Part shown: positions 54,984 through 64,000 of the stretch, in pieces
How positions within the stretch are numbered: the stretch's first letter is position 1
How the letters are laid out: each line of letters begins with the position of its first letter
Assembly (NCBI GenBank): GCA_965248865.1
Contig: CBDFKP010000002.1
Coordinates: forward strand, 376,610-440,609
Length of the DNA: 64,000 nt
Direction: 5' to 3'
From: Dehalococcoidia bacterium
Lineage (GTDB): Bacteria; Chloroflexota; Dehalococcoidia; Lucifugimonadales; JAPUKM01
Translations under genes and position numbers: made by a program
The notes under the pieces: generated by a model
Told to the model about the DNA's origin: nothing
Databases searched by the model: none
The model's input: the letters and a program-made list of their open reading frames with translations, nothing else

Positions 54984-55283
54984 TCAGAGCAGCCAGGGCG
55001 AGCCCGACACTGACGACGCCCACATCTGAGACGGCCCCCACCAGAATCCCATGCCGGCGACAAAGGACATGATGATCTCCGGCACCTTGAGGCCGACTAC
55101 CAGGGCGAAGTCGGCAACCACTAGTCCCAACAGTAACACCAGCCCGTCTGCCGGTCTGACCACCAAGCGGTTGAAGTGGCCATTCTGGATATCGGTGACC
55201 ACCACCAGGGCGCGGTATATGCCGGTCACCGCAAACAATACCGCCAGGATCAAGACCAGGAACGTCGACGACGTTGGGGCCAC
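54984..55283 (-). CDS. hypothetical membrane protein (possibly a frameshifted fragment)
   Basis: A 99-aa hydrophobic ORF. A further TM-like segment continues in another frame (track ORF 54907-55353). Confidence 0.3.
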   Translation of the reverse strand: MAPTSSTFLVLILAVLFAVTGIYRALVVVTDIQNGHFNRLVVRPADGLVLLLGLVVADFALVVGLKVPEIIMSFVAGMGFWWGPSQMWASSVSGSPWLL

Positions 55284-55440
55284 AAGTTATGGCTACGAGA
55301 CATTCTGCAAAAGCGTGATATTCTAGAAAGAGTAGTCGTTCGAGAGATGCCACCCGTCAAGGGGGGCGCTACTGCGCCCTCAAGTTGGCCTCATTAGGAT
55401 GAATTGGCAATGGAGGAGAAATACTAATTCGGAGGTAGGC

Positions 55441-55500
55441 ATGGCGAGCCCAATCGTCCATTTCGAGATAGCATCCAGGGAGACTAGGAAGGTCCAGACC
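55441..55500 (+). pseudogene. 5' relic of a VOC-family paralog
   Basis: RBS plus MASPIVHFEIASRETRKVQ parallels 56998-57070 (MSNPVVHFEIASKDTGKVR). Similarity is then lost. Confidence 0.5.
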
Positions 55501-55568
55501 GGTCTGCATTTGGGCGATGGCTGCCACAAGTCGAATTCCTCGTCGTGCGATCGAAGGGGCCCAACTCT

Positions 55569-56042
55569 ATGAAATGGGCTCAGTTCCAAAGCGAGCGTCC
55601 AGAGCTAGCAGTTCTGGGTGAGGAGCTATTTGACAAGCCGGGCCTGGTGCTCGTCGGCACGATCAGGGGCGACGGTTGGCCGCGAATCAGCCCGGTCGAA
55701 CACGTCATCACAGACGGGCATCTCTACCTTGGCATGATGTGGCGATCCAGGAAGGCCCTCGACCTGCTTCGCGATATGAGGTGCACGATCCATAACGCGG
55801 TGTCAGACCGGCACGGCACCGAAGGCGAGTTCAAGGTCTATGGTAGGGCGATGGAGGTAACCGACACTGAAGTGCGTCATCGCTACGAGGTCGCCCTATA
55901 CGAGAAGATAGGCTGGAGTCCAGGCAGGGATGAAGGACAAAGCCATGCCCAATACCACCTCTTTTTCGTCGATGTGGAGAGCGTTGCCTACGCTGCCATC
56001 CGGGACGGACAATGGTTGCGCGAACTTTGGAAGGCAGCGTAG
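55569..56042 (+). CDS. pyridoxamine 5'-phosphate oxidase family protein
   Basis: LVLVGTIRGDGWPRISPVEHVITDGHLYLGMMWRSRKALDL is the PNPOx-like split-barrel pattern. Confidence 0.75.
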   Translation: MKWAQFQSERPELAVLGEELFDKPGLVLVGTIRGDGWPRISPVEHVITDGHLYLGMMWRSRKALDLLRDMRCTIHNAVSDRHGTEGEFKVYGRAMEVTDTEVRHRYEVALYEKIGWSPGRDEGQSHAQYHLFFVDVESVAYAAIRDGQWLRELWKAA

Positions 56043-56085
56043 CTGGATGGGCCGGATGTGACCGTAACATAAGGAGGAGACGGTA

Positions 56086-56964
56086 GTGACAGATGGGCTT
56101 ACCATCCTCGTAATAGGGGCGACAGGACAGCAGGGCGGCGCTGTCACGCGGGTGCTGTTGAGCAAGGGGCATCGGGTTCGGGCCTTCACGCGCAACGCGG
56201 ACTCTCCTGCCGCTCAAGAGCTGGCAAGACTGGGTGCAGATCTGGCGGTAGGCCACGCCGAGGATCGTGAGTCGGTGGTGCGGGCCTGTCGGGGCATGGA
56301 CTCCGTGTACGCCATGTCCACCTTCTTCGAGTCGGGAACCGAGGGGGAGGTCGAGCAGGGGAAGAACATCGCGGAAGCCGTAAGTGCCGCCGGGACCGCA
56401 CACCTCGTCTTCTCCTCCGTCGCCAGTGCAAATCTGTCGACGAGGGTTCCCCACTTTGAAAGCAAGTACGAGATTGAGCGGCACATAGAGTCGCTCAGCA
56501 TACCGAGCACCATAGTCGCTCCGGTATACTTCTGCGAAAACCTGCTCAGCCCGTGGACGCTGCCGGGATTGGCCGAGGGTAGCCTCTCCATGTCGATGCC
56601 GCCGGACCGTCCATTGCAGCAGATACCGGTCGGCGACATTGCGTCTTTCGTGCTTATGGCGCTAGAAGACCCTTCGAGGTTCACCGGCAAGCGATTCGAC
56701 ATAGCGTCGGACGAGTTAACGGGCAAACGGGCGGCGGAGGTCCTCTCAGGTGTCATTGGGCATCCCATCGACTTCGTTCAGACGCCAATTGCAGGGGCCC
56801 GCGCGATGAGCGAGGACGTGGCCCTCATGTACGAGTGGTTCGATGAAGTCGGATACAGCGCCGACATCCCCAGCCTGCGACGGGAATACCCAGAGGTGGG
56901 ATGGCGGACCTTCGAGCAGTGGGCAGAGGAACAGGACTGGGGGAAACTAGACGCCCAGGGATGA
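56086..56964 (+). CDS. NmrA-family NAD(P)-binding protein
   Basis: ILVIGATGQQGGAVTRVLLSKGHRVRAFTRN Rossmann motif. 292 aa. Confidence 0.85.
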   Translation: MTDGLTILVIGATGQQGGAVTRVLLSKGHRVRAFTRNADSPAAQELARLGADLAVGHAEDRESVVRACRGMDSVYAMSTFFESGTEGEVEQGKNIAEAVSAAGTAHLVFSSVASANLSTRVPHFESKYEIERHIESLSIPSTIVAPVYFCENLLSPWTLPGLAEGSLSMSMPPDRPLQQIPVGDIASFVLMALEDPSRFTGKRFDIASDELTGKRAAEVLSGVIGHPIDFVQTPIAGARAMSEDVALMYEWFDEVGYSADIPSLRREYPEVGWRTFEQWAEEQDWGKLDAQG

Positions 56965-57012
56965 TCCCCCCTACAGGGCGGAAGACAGAACATTACCAAT
57001 TAGGAGGTTTAC

Positions 57013-57381
57013 ATGTCGAATCCAGTTGTTCATTTTGAGATAGCATCCAAGGACACCGGCAAGGTCCGGGACTTCTATTCCAAGCTCTTCGGCTGGTCCA
57101 TCGACGCCGACAATCCCATGAACTATGGTGTGGCCAGCACCAAAGAAGGCGAGCTCGGCATTGACGGCGGTTTGTACCAAACTGAGGACGCTAACGACCA
57201 GCCAGGTGTGCGCCTGTACGCCCAGGTTGACGATGCTCAAGCCTTTCTTGAGATGGCCGCGTCCTTGGGCGGCACTGTAGTAGGAGAGGCCCAGGAGGTG
57301 CCCGGCCAAGGCATCAAAGTGGGTCAGTTCCTCGATCCGGAGGGTAATATCTTCGGCGTCATCCAAACGTTGCAAGGCTAG
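57013..57381 (+). CDS. VOC (glyoxalase) family protein
   Basis: VVHFEIASKDTGKVRDFYSKLFGW... and LDPEGNIFGVIQ. Confidence 0.8.
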   Translation: MSNPVVHFEIASKDTGKVRDFYSKLFGWSIDADNPMNYGVASTKEGELGIDGGLYQTEDANDQPGVRLYAQVDDAQAFLEMAASLGGTVVGEAQEVPGQGIKVGQFLDPEGNIFGVIQTLQG

Positions 57382-57433
57382 GCCATCAAAGGGGGCTCGA
57401 TATCCTATCGAACCGCCTTGGGAAAGGTGAATC

Positions 57434-57904
57434 GTGAAGAGCAGCGCAGAGACGGTCGAACAGTATCTAGAAGAATTGACACCGGGGCGGCGTGAGGCCG
57501 TCTCCGCAGTCCGTGACGTCATCCTCGCCAACCTCCCGGATGGGTACGAGGAGAGGATGGATTTCGGGATGATCGCCTACGTAGTGCCGCTCGCCCGATA
57601 CCCCGAGACGTATAACGGCCATCCCCTGAGCTATGCAGGGATATCGTCGGAGAAGAACCATGTCTCGGTCCACCTCATGAACATCTATGCAGACGCCGAA
57701 AGCGAGCGGTGGTTCGTCGACAACTACAAGGCCACCGGGAAGAAGCTGGACATGGGCAAGTCGTGTGTGCGGTTCAGGAGGCTCGAAGATCTGCCGTTGA
57801 GCCTGATAGGAGAGGCGGTCAGCCGGTCCCCGATGGAAGAGTGGATTCGGTGCTACGAATCCTTGCGTCCAGTCAAGAGGTCTGCTGGATCGAAACGGGA
57901 CTAG
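57434..57904 (+). CDS. DUF1801 (YdhG-like) domain protein
   Basis: VEQYLEELTPGRREAVSAVRDVILANLP...KSCVRFRRLEDLPL matches the DUF1801 pattern. Confidence 0.7.
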   Translation: MKSSAETVEQYLEELTPGRREAVSAVRDVILANLPDGYEERMDFGMIAYVVPLARYPETYNGHPLSYAGISSEKNHVSVHLMNIYADAESERWFVDNYKATGKKLDMGKSCVRFRRLEDLPLSLIGEAVSRSPMEEWIRCYESLRPVKRSAGSKRD

Positions 57905-57914
57905 GCACGACCTG

Positions 57915-58118
57915 GTGCCCAGACCCCTCTGGTTGGACCACGACATCCAGGACCCTGCCCTTGCAGGAGTCCTGACTCCCTACACCACCGACGAGATGGA
58001 GGCATACGAAGTCTCCTCCCTGGTTGACAGCCCCGCTAACGATGGGGCGGAACTGGTCGTTCCAGTGCGGGAGGCTGGCCCGGATAGCGAGGGTTCTGCT
58101 CTGAAGTTGCCGCTATGA
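57915..58118 (+). pseudogene. C-terminal fragment of an SOS-response-associated peptidase (SRAP/YedK family)
   Basis: WLDHDIQDPALAGVLTPYTTDEMEAYEVSSLVDSPANDGAELVVP matches the SRAP C-terminus. The N-terminal catalytic Cys region is absent. Confidence 0.6.
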
Positions 58119-58469
58119 GGGAGACGCCGTGACGATTGTCGAGGGGGACTTGAGAGATATAGCGGGGCGTGTCGGCGGCGACTAAAGGATGCGATAATGG
58201 CTGTAGAAGGTCCCATAGTCGCTACAACGAAAACACAAGGTCAAACCTGGTACTGCGTACAGTCCCCCCAAGCCCACCATATGCTACGCCCACATGCAAG
58301 CGGTAGGCATGGCCAACGACCACATCACAGGATGCTTCCGGGCTAATGTCCCAGAGTCACCGTAACCGGGCCGCGAGCACGTTACCCATGATCGAACCGG
58401 CGAGTCCGGTCCCCCTTACACTGGAATCGCCAAGTCCAAACGGACCTGTTGTCTTGCTCGGCCGGTTTA

Positions 58470-59394
58470 CTATCGAGCCGTGAAGGTCTCACTAAATTGA
58501 TCGTTGACAGTCACCGTGTACTCCTCTCCGGAGACTAGATTGGCGCCGAGCGGTATCTCCGTCTCCACGACGGGCAGGTCACGCGTACAGGGCACGTTAT
58601 TCTCTGCCACCTCTAGGTGCGTAACGCCTACTTCAATGGTGTTGGCGAACTGGCGGACGATGTCGTAGCCGTTGAACGCCGAGCAGCAGCTGCCGCGCGG
58701 AAGCCTCGACACAACATTCAGCGAGTACTGAGCAGGTTCTGCGTCGGACACCACCACCTCGACCGTCTCGATGGGCGAGGCCTGCACGACCCACCCCGTC
58801 GTCCACTCGTCGCGCGCGAGGAATGAGTTGGTCACCTCGCCGTTGACGGCCACCGTGTAGGTCTCACCGGCCGTAAGGTCGCTGCCGAGGGCTATCTCCG
58901 TCTCGGTATAGCCGAAGTCAGCAGTGCAGGGGACGAGTTGCCCCGGCGCGACTTCGAGGTTGGTGACCGTCACGGAAAATGTTGTCTGGCCTCCGTCCAC
59001 TTCGTAGCCATCGAAACTCGAACACGACGTGCCCTGTGGCAAAGTCGACAGGACAGTCAGCGAATAGTCGGGCGGGGCCGACTCAGAGACCTTCACCTCC
59101 ACGCTTTGGACCGGCGCCAGGACGCTGACCATGGTCGGCCCTTCCGGCTGCTCGGGCTGGGCCCCTGTCCCCTGGGCGACGAAGGTCTCGGTCACGTCGT
59201 TGACGTACACCGTGTAGGTCTTCCCTCCGTCGAAGTCGATGCCCAGGGCGATGTTACTCTCCACGGTCCCGTAGATCTCCGCGCACATCATCGGCTCTTC
59301 AGGCTTCAGGTTCGTAACTGTGATCCGGACCGTTTCGCCGTCCCGATCGACCTCGTACCTGTCGAACTCGTAGCACGCGTTGGGCAGCCCAGAC
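58470..59394 (-). pseudogene. tandem-repeat (about 90-aa units, conserved Cys pair) protein, 5'-truncated by IS3 copy 2
   Basis: Four units follow the pattern LP.G.sC..F.GYEV......v.VTNLEV....VPCT......ETEI.LG..L..GE.YTV.VN. The frame stays open up to the IS boundary at 59394. Confidence 0.65.
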
Positions 59395-59504
59395 TGTAGA
59401 CCGTCAGCGATAATGGGACACGTGAGAGGGGTAGAAAACCCGAGAGTCTGAGAGTGGTGTGAGCTCCTGAAGTGAGGGTAGAGTACCTCATGAAAGGAGC
59501 AGCG

Positions 59505-59912
59505 ATGTCCCAGTCAGACGTCAGCAAGGCCGAGGCCGCCGATCAGCGGTCGGAGCAGACTAGGTCCTTCGTTCGACGAGTTAGAGCGGCTACCCGGCGC
59601 AAATACACCCCGGAAGAGAAGATCCGTATCGTGCTGGAGGGCTTCCGCCGCGAGGTCACCGTGAACGACCTGTGCCGGTGGGAGGGTATCAAGCCCCACT
59701 CCTACTACTCGTGGACCAAGGAGTTCATGGAGGCGGGCAGGGAGCGGCTGTCCCGTGACACGGTGCGCGATGCCACCCGGCAGGAGATCCAGGATCTCAA
59801 GCGGGAGAACGGCGAGCTCAAGCAGCTGGTAGCCGAGCTATCCCTCGAGGTCTACCGTCTGAAAAAAACGGCCATACCAATGCCCCAGAATGGCGTCGGT
59901 ACCAGCGGATGA
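59505..59912 (+). CDS. IS3-family transposase OrfA
   Basis: Identical to the 31118-31525 product. A7 run at 59862-59868. Confidence 0.88.
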   Translation: MSQSDVSKAEAADQRSEQTRSFVRRVRAATRRKYTPEEKIRIVLEGFRREVTVNDLCRWEGIKPHSYYSWTKEFMEAGRERLSRDTVRDATRQEIQDLKRENGELKQLVAELSLEVYRLKKTAIPMPQNGVGTSG

Positions 59913-60892
59913 GCGCCGTTGAGAAGGCGACGGTCCTGGCCAGTGTAGCCGCATCACCGCTGGCCAAGCGTCGGGTGCTCAGAGACCTGGGTGTTCCCAA
60001 GAGCACCTACTATCGGTGGTTGATGCGACAACAACATCAACAAGGTCTCGAGGACCGACCTGGAGCCAGCGCTCCACCGTGGAACCGCCTTAGACCTCAG
60101 GAGGAACGGTCGATCCTGGAAGCGGCCAGGGAGATGCCGGAGCTAAGTAGCCGCCAGTTGGCAGCGTGGTCTACAGACAACCTGGCCTTCGCTGTATCCG
60201 AGTCCACTGTGTATCGCATCCTGTGCAGAGAAGGTCTTGTGAAGTCACCCGAGATGCAGCTCAAGGCCGGCAAAGAGTACCATCGCAAGACCAGCGGCCC
60301 TCACCAGATGTGGGCTACCGACGCCTCCTACTTCAAGGTGATCGGTTGGGGCTACTACTACCTGGTCACCGTGATGGACGACTACTCCCGCTTCATACTG
60401 GCCCACAAGCTCCAGCGGGACATGACCACCGACTCTCTCATCGAGGTGGTCCAAGAGGCCGTGGACAAGACCGGCATGACTGAGGTCCCAGTGGCCGACC
60501 GGACCAGCCTGCTGAGCGATAACGGCTCAGGTTATGTCTCCCGTGGCTTCAGAGACTACCTGCACCTGGTGGGAATCAAGCACATTCTGGCCGCGCCGTT
60601 CCACCCTCAGACCAATGGCAAGCTCGAGCGCTATCACCAGAGTATCAAGCGGGACGTCAAACAGGTCCCCTACGAGATGCCTTCTGCCCTGGAAGGAGCA
60701 ATCGCCGCCTTCGTGGCCTACTACAACTACCGACGCTATCACAAGGCGCTGGGCAACGTGACGCCCGCAGACATGCTCAACGGAAGGCGGGAGCAGATCC
60801 TCCAACGGAGAAAGGAGGTGCAGGTCCAGACGTTAGAACGGCGAAGACGCTACAACAAGACCCTCAGGGAGCTCCCACGCAGCTCTTCATAA
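59909..60892 (+). CDS. IS3-family transposase OrfB
   Basis: Identical to the 30138-31121 product. The -1 frame stays open back to the A7 run, giving OrfAB ...VYRLKK/NGHTNAPEWRRYQRMSAVEK. Confidence 0.9.
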   Translation: MSAVEKATVLASVAASPLAKRRVLRDLGVPKSTYYRWLMRQQHQQGLEDRPGASAPPWNRLRPQEERSILEAAREMPELSSRQLAAWSTDNLAFAVSESTVYRILCREGLVKSPEMQLKAGKEYHRKTSGPHQMWATDASYFKVIGWGYYYLVTVMDDYSRFILAHKLQRDMTTDSLIEVVQEAVDKTGMTEVPVADRTSLLSDNGSGYVSRGFRDYLHLVGIKHILAAPFHPQTNGKLERYHQSIKRDVKQVPYEMPSALEGAIAAFVAYYNYRRYHKALGNVTPADMLNGRREQILQRRKEVQVQTLERRRRYNKTLRELPRSSS

Positions 60893-61043
60893 TAATAATC
60901 TTCTCGGGTCTCAGTGTCCCACTTGTGCTGATTGCCAACACCTGGCTCCCTTCACTTCCGTGAATCTACTCTCCTGCCTGATCCAGGACAATCGCTTTAA
61001 CTGACGCTTCTCAACTACACAACAGCTGTCCCAAATGTGCTGA

Positions 61044-61316
61044 CTATACACACGTCTGGACCAGTGGGCGTACCTGAACGGTGTGGAGCTAGACTTCAGT
61101 CGGCCAGGCAAGCCTACAGACAACGCTATGATCGAGGCCTTCAACGCCAGGCTTCGGGCTGAATGCCTCAACGAAAGTTGGTTCTTGTCTTTGGAGGACG
61201 CTCGGGAGAAAATAGAGGGGTGGCGCTGGCACTACAACGGCGAACGTCCCCACAGTGCCCTGGGGAACCTCGCCCCGGAGACTTTTGCCCTGGTGGCCAC
61301 AGCAGGGGTTCAATGA
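61044..61316 (+). pseudogene. C-terminal fragment of a different IS3-family transposase
   Basis: LDQWAYLNGVELDFSRPGKPTDNAMIEAFNARLRAECLNESWFLSLEDAREKIEGWRWHYNGERPHSALG is the rve C-terminus typical of the IS2/IS407-type group. Confidence 0.8.
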
Positions 61317-61439
61317 CCCACGAAGACCCACGAAACTAACATTACGACTGGTACAAAGAATGGGGCAAGACCACTTACGCCCGCAGTCGGAAGGCAAACT
61401 GGGCTGCACCACGGGCAGACCACTGAACCATAACCGAGG

Positions 61440-62231
61440 ATGGTGCGAGGGCTGAATTTGCTAAAGTCGCTGTCTAGCCTGGCATTCCTTGTATTGCTGA
61501 CCGCTTGTAGTGGAAACGCCGTCACTGAAGTGCCCTCGACAGCCGACGCCGAAACTGTCTCTACACAAGTAATTCTCGAAAGGGCTTTGGCTTCCACGAA
61601 AGAACAACTCTCATACTGCTTCACATATGAGTACAAAGCTGAAGTATTGAACGCGACACGAAGCCATGACACCACTGGACAACGGCTCAGGACCACTCAA
61701 GAAGGTATAAGGGAAGATATCGAGTCAGTCACTTTTGGCAAATATCAGGCACCTAGTCTATTCGAGACGACAGGGAGTACGACCTTCGCAACGGATAATG
61801 AAACCATTACAATCAGTGGTGACGCGATCACTATAGGCGTTACGGTGTACACGAAAATCCCTCCAACGGGAGAGTGGAAGGTGGAAACCCTCGATTCGGT
61901 CCCTGAAACTCCCTTAGACAAAATGGCTATAGATCCATCACTCTTAAGCAATTTGGTAATCAAGGCAGAAGAACAGCTAGGTGGAGTTGATGTGCTCCAT
62001 TTGGTTGCGTTGGTGCCACCAGGAGTGGATATTGGCGTTGCCGACCCTGCACTCGACCGTCGCGTGGAATACTGGATCGGGAGAGACGACCATCTTGTCA
62101 GACGGTATGTTTTTGCGGGCACAACTCCAGGTGAGGGTGGATTTACGAACACAATAACGCTGTCCGATTTCGGCAAACTCGTTGAAATAAGTGCTCCAGA
62201 AGTCCCTTCCAAGGTGATGTCTAGCCCCTAG
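61440..62231 (+). CDS. putative lipoprotein
   Basis: Signal peptide plus lipobox LLTAC-SG. 263 aa, AT-richer than flanks, no other motif. Confidence 0.6.
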   Translation: MVRGLNLLKSLSSLAFLVLLTACSGNAVTEVPSTADAETVSTQVILERALASTKEQLSYCFTYEYKAEVLNATRSHDTTGQRLRTTQEGIREDIESVTFGKYQAPSLFETTGSTTFATDNETITISGDAITIGVTVYTKIPPTGEWKVETLDSVPETPLDKMAIDPSLLSNLVIKAEEQLGGVDVLHLVALVPPGVDIGVADPALDRRVEYWIGRDDHLVRRYVFAGTTPGEGGFTNTITLSDFGKLVEISAPEVPSKVMSSP

Positions 62232-62399
62232 AAGTTACTCATGGCGGTGACCACCCACAACAGCGGCACGACCTGGTGTTCAGACCCACCTGTCGAGACG
62301 CCGGCCAGTTATCCAGCCATTCGGCGTTAGCTCATTGGTCTGGCGTTCCGGACCAGTTAGGAGATACGACTGTTCCCGCTTGACGCATCGAACCCCACC

Positions 62400-62621
62400 G
62401 CCCACGAGTAGCGCAGTTTCTTGTGTCGTTGCCCTCAACACCGGGTACCGGGTGAGCGGCGACACCGAGTGGCCACGCTTACCAGCGCTACCCACACCGT
62501 AGACGAACTGGTGTGCCACACGTCTTATAAGTTCCGCGTGAGCACATACGCGGATGGCGAGACCTACAAAGCCGAGTGGGGTGGCGCAGAGGTACCCGCA
62601 ACGACCGGAGTCTGTAGCTAA
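62400..62621 (+). pseudogene. possible fibronectin type III domain fragment (frameshifted)
   Basis: ...YRVSGDTEW... in one frame and ...HTVDELVCHTSYKFRVSTYADGETY... in another. Weak call. Confidence 0.25.
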
Positions 62622-62649
62622 GCCCTAGAGAAGCGACTCTGCCCATTCA

Positions 62650-62862
62650 GGGGATTAGCCGCCAACTCCAGTTCCACCACTCCCAGCGGCATCCAAGTCC
62701 ACCCCCCACGAGAACCGCAGTTTTTGGTGTCGATTGAGAAATGGGGATGGTGTAGTGGATCGTGGCCTTGCCGGGCCTGACTTCGATCTCCTTGACAAAG
62801 GAGTGGATGAAGGCCCGCGACTCGGTTAGCTCGCTGGTCTTCAGGTACTCGCTCCATCTCCG
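62650..62862 (-). pseudogene. LSR gene 3' fragment (Rec3-like) with diverged att-like end (site S5)
   Basis: SEYLKTSELTESRAFIHSFVKEIEVRPGKATIHYTIP compares with Rec3 SDFLKTSELTETRAFVHSFVKEIEVKPGKAAIVYSIP. The 5' break abuts the stop of the next gene. Confidence 0.7.
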
Positions 62863-62884
62863 TAGGCCGGCAGCCCATAGCATA

Positions 62885-63946
62885 CTACGGTTCGACGACG
62901 TGCACCCTGCCGGCGAACTCCTCGCTGACGTAGATGCGGCCCCGCACCACCGCCACGGCCGTGGGGGAAACAAGGCCATCGGCCACCACCGACATGACAC
63001 CGTCGCGCCACCGGACCAGCCTGCCTGGGAACAGGTGGGACTCCTTGAAGCCAACCTCGGCCAGGGAGCGCATGTCGCCGCTGTACTCCGTGACCAGCAT
63101 GGCGCCGTCGGCCTCAAAAGCCACGTCCGTCGCGGCGGTGAACCCGTCAGCATAGACGGTGGTCTCGCCGATGTCCAGAGCGTCGCCGTCGCCGTTGTCG
63201 TCCTGCAAACGCAGGACCCGGGCACCGCCGGTGGGGAAGGGAAACCCCGTGAGGGTGGCGACGTAGGCCGCGCCGTCCGGTCCCAAGGCAATGCCGGTGG
63301 GCACGGCCTCCACCTGCGCCGAGCCGTCAGCCGTGGCGTGGGTCTGAGGGTCCAGTCGAGCGTAGGGGTGGATCTCGCCAGCGAGGGTGACGCGCCAGAC
63401 CGCGTTGGCTCCAGCGTCGCTGACGAGCAGTCCGCCAGAGGGGGCGGGCAGCAGGTCGTAGGGATTGGTGATGGGATTGAGGGGGGCTAGCCCCAGGGGA
63501 TCCTGGCCGGTCAGACCGACGGGGTGCGATCCCGGCGCCAGTGCGTAGACCTCGCGGAACTCCTTGGCCCGGGCCTCCCCCACCACGTAGTAGGTTATGC
63601 CGCCCAACTGCACGGCGGCAGAGACCCCGGCGGGCGCTCCTTCCGGCCCGTCTTTCAGCCGTGGCAGGCCCTCGTGGAGCACGGCGAGTCGGTTTTGGTG
63701 GTCCAAGATCAGGAGTCGCCCGCCGCCCACCTCGGCGATGAGCAATCGACCGTCGTCCAGGGCCGTCAGCCCGCGGGGCGACGCCAACCCCTCCAGTGCG
63801 CTATCGGTGGGCTGCGCCTCCGATGGTCCGCTGCAGCCCGCCGCCATCGCGGCGACGGCTGCGGTCAACGCGGTCAGCCGGGCCACGCCGGCCAAAACGG
63901 CGGCGAGGGTTGGGGACCGCGGGTGATGCAGTTTCATACGCCCCAT
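62885..63946 (-). CDS. ScyD/ScyE-family beta-propeller lipoprotein
   Basis: Lipobox AAMAAGC-SG. Repeated ...G.LLI.E.GGGR..., NPYDLLPAP.GGLLVSDAGANAVWRV and GIALGPDGAAYVA blades. Confidence 0.7.
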   Translation of the reverse strand: MGRMKLHHPRSPTLAAVLAGVARLTALTAAVAAMAAGCSGPSEAQPTDSALEGLASPRGLTALDDGRLLIAEVGGGRLLILDHQNRLAVLHEGLPRLKDGPEGAPAGVSAAVQLGGITYYVVGEARAKEFREVYALAPGSHPVGLTGQDPLGLAPLNPITNPYDLLPAPSGGLLVSDAGANAVWRVTLAGEIHPYARLDPQTHATADGSAQVEAVPTGIALGPDGAAYVATLTGFPFPTGGARVLRLQDDNGDGDALDIGETTVYADGFTAATDVAFEADGAMLVTEYSGDMRSLAEVGFKESHLFPGRLVRWRDGVMSVVADGLVSPTAVAVVRGRIYVSEEFAGRVHVVEP

Positions 63947-64000
63947 ACAATGAACCGACCACGCCCTACAAGCATAGGGCGGGGTCGGTCTGGCGTCGAC

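Larger units (their letters stand above)
59395..60940 (+). mobile_element. IS3-family insertion sequence, copy 2
   Basis: Near-identical to copy 1 apart from a small indel near the right end (TCAG vs CTAATC). Flanks are GAC / CCT, so no matching TSD. Confidence 0.88.

Overview
High-GC bacterial chromosome segment. Taxon cannot be fixed from this window; the gene set and SPNG/RQAxxER-type intergenic repeats are loosely reminiscent of Chloroflexota, which is inference only.

Positions 1-28.7 kb are mostly housekeeping: dapB-asd-dapA, two tandem FAH-family paralogs, purA, an SDR, a crotonase, prs, secA, polX, an MFS-FHA-MFS cluster, valS, another MFS gene and coaBC-coaX. This block is punctuated by two hicBA cassettes, each flanked by a direct repeat of the upstream gene's 3' end, plus one IS1595-family copy and a vapBC pair.

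Positions 28.7-62.9 kb are a mosaic accessory region, with trpS and floA left as islets of apparent core DNA.
- It contains two near-identical full-length large serine recombinase (LSR) genes, one 5'-truncated LSR and three LSR tail relics. All end at the same quasi-palindromic att-like site.
- Insertion sequences: IS3-family x2 in inverted orientation plus a fragment of a different IS3-family element, a second IS1595 copy, and IS1380-family x1 plus a 3' fragment.
- Further TA modules: RHH-PIN, vapB(amber)-vapC, and higBA with a translationally coupled HEPN-like/Zn-ribbon gene.
- Other genes: a 965-aa fused nuclease-like/N6-adenine methyltransferase/TaqI_C-like protein (type IIG-like), a duplicated wHTH Replic_Relax-like protein, and an excisionase-like HTH protein with coiled coil and a TM anchor.
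- Many gene fragments are also present.

The best-supported novel structure is a 9.8-kb module (about 40.78-50.59 kb). It is bounded by a perfect 14-bp direct repeat that lies inside LSR gene tails, and it carries the candidate defence and addiction genes.

No rRNA, tRNA or CRISPR array was found. Several frameshifts and in-frame stops (one in a C6 homopolymer) may be real decay or assembly error.
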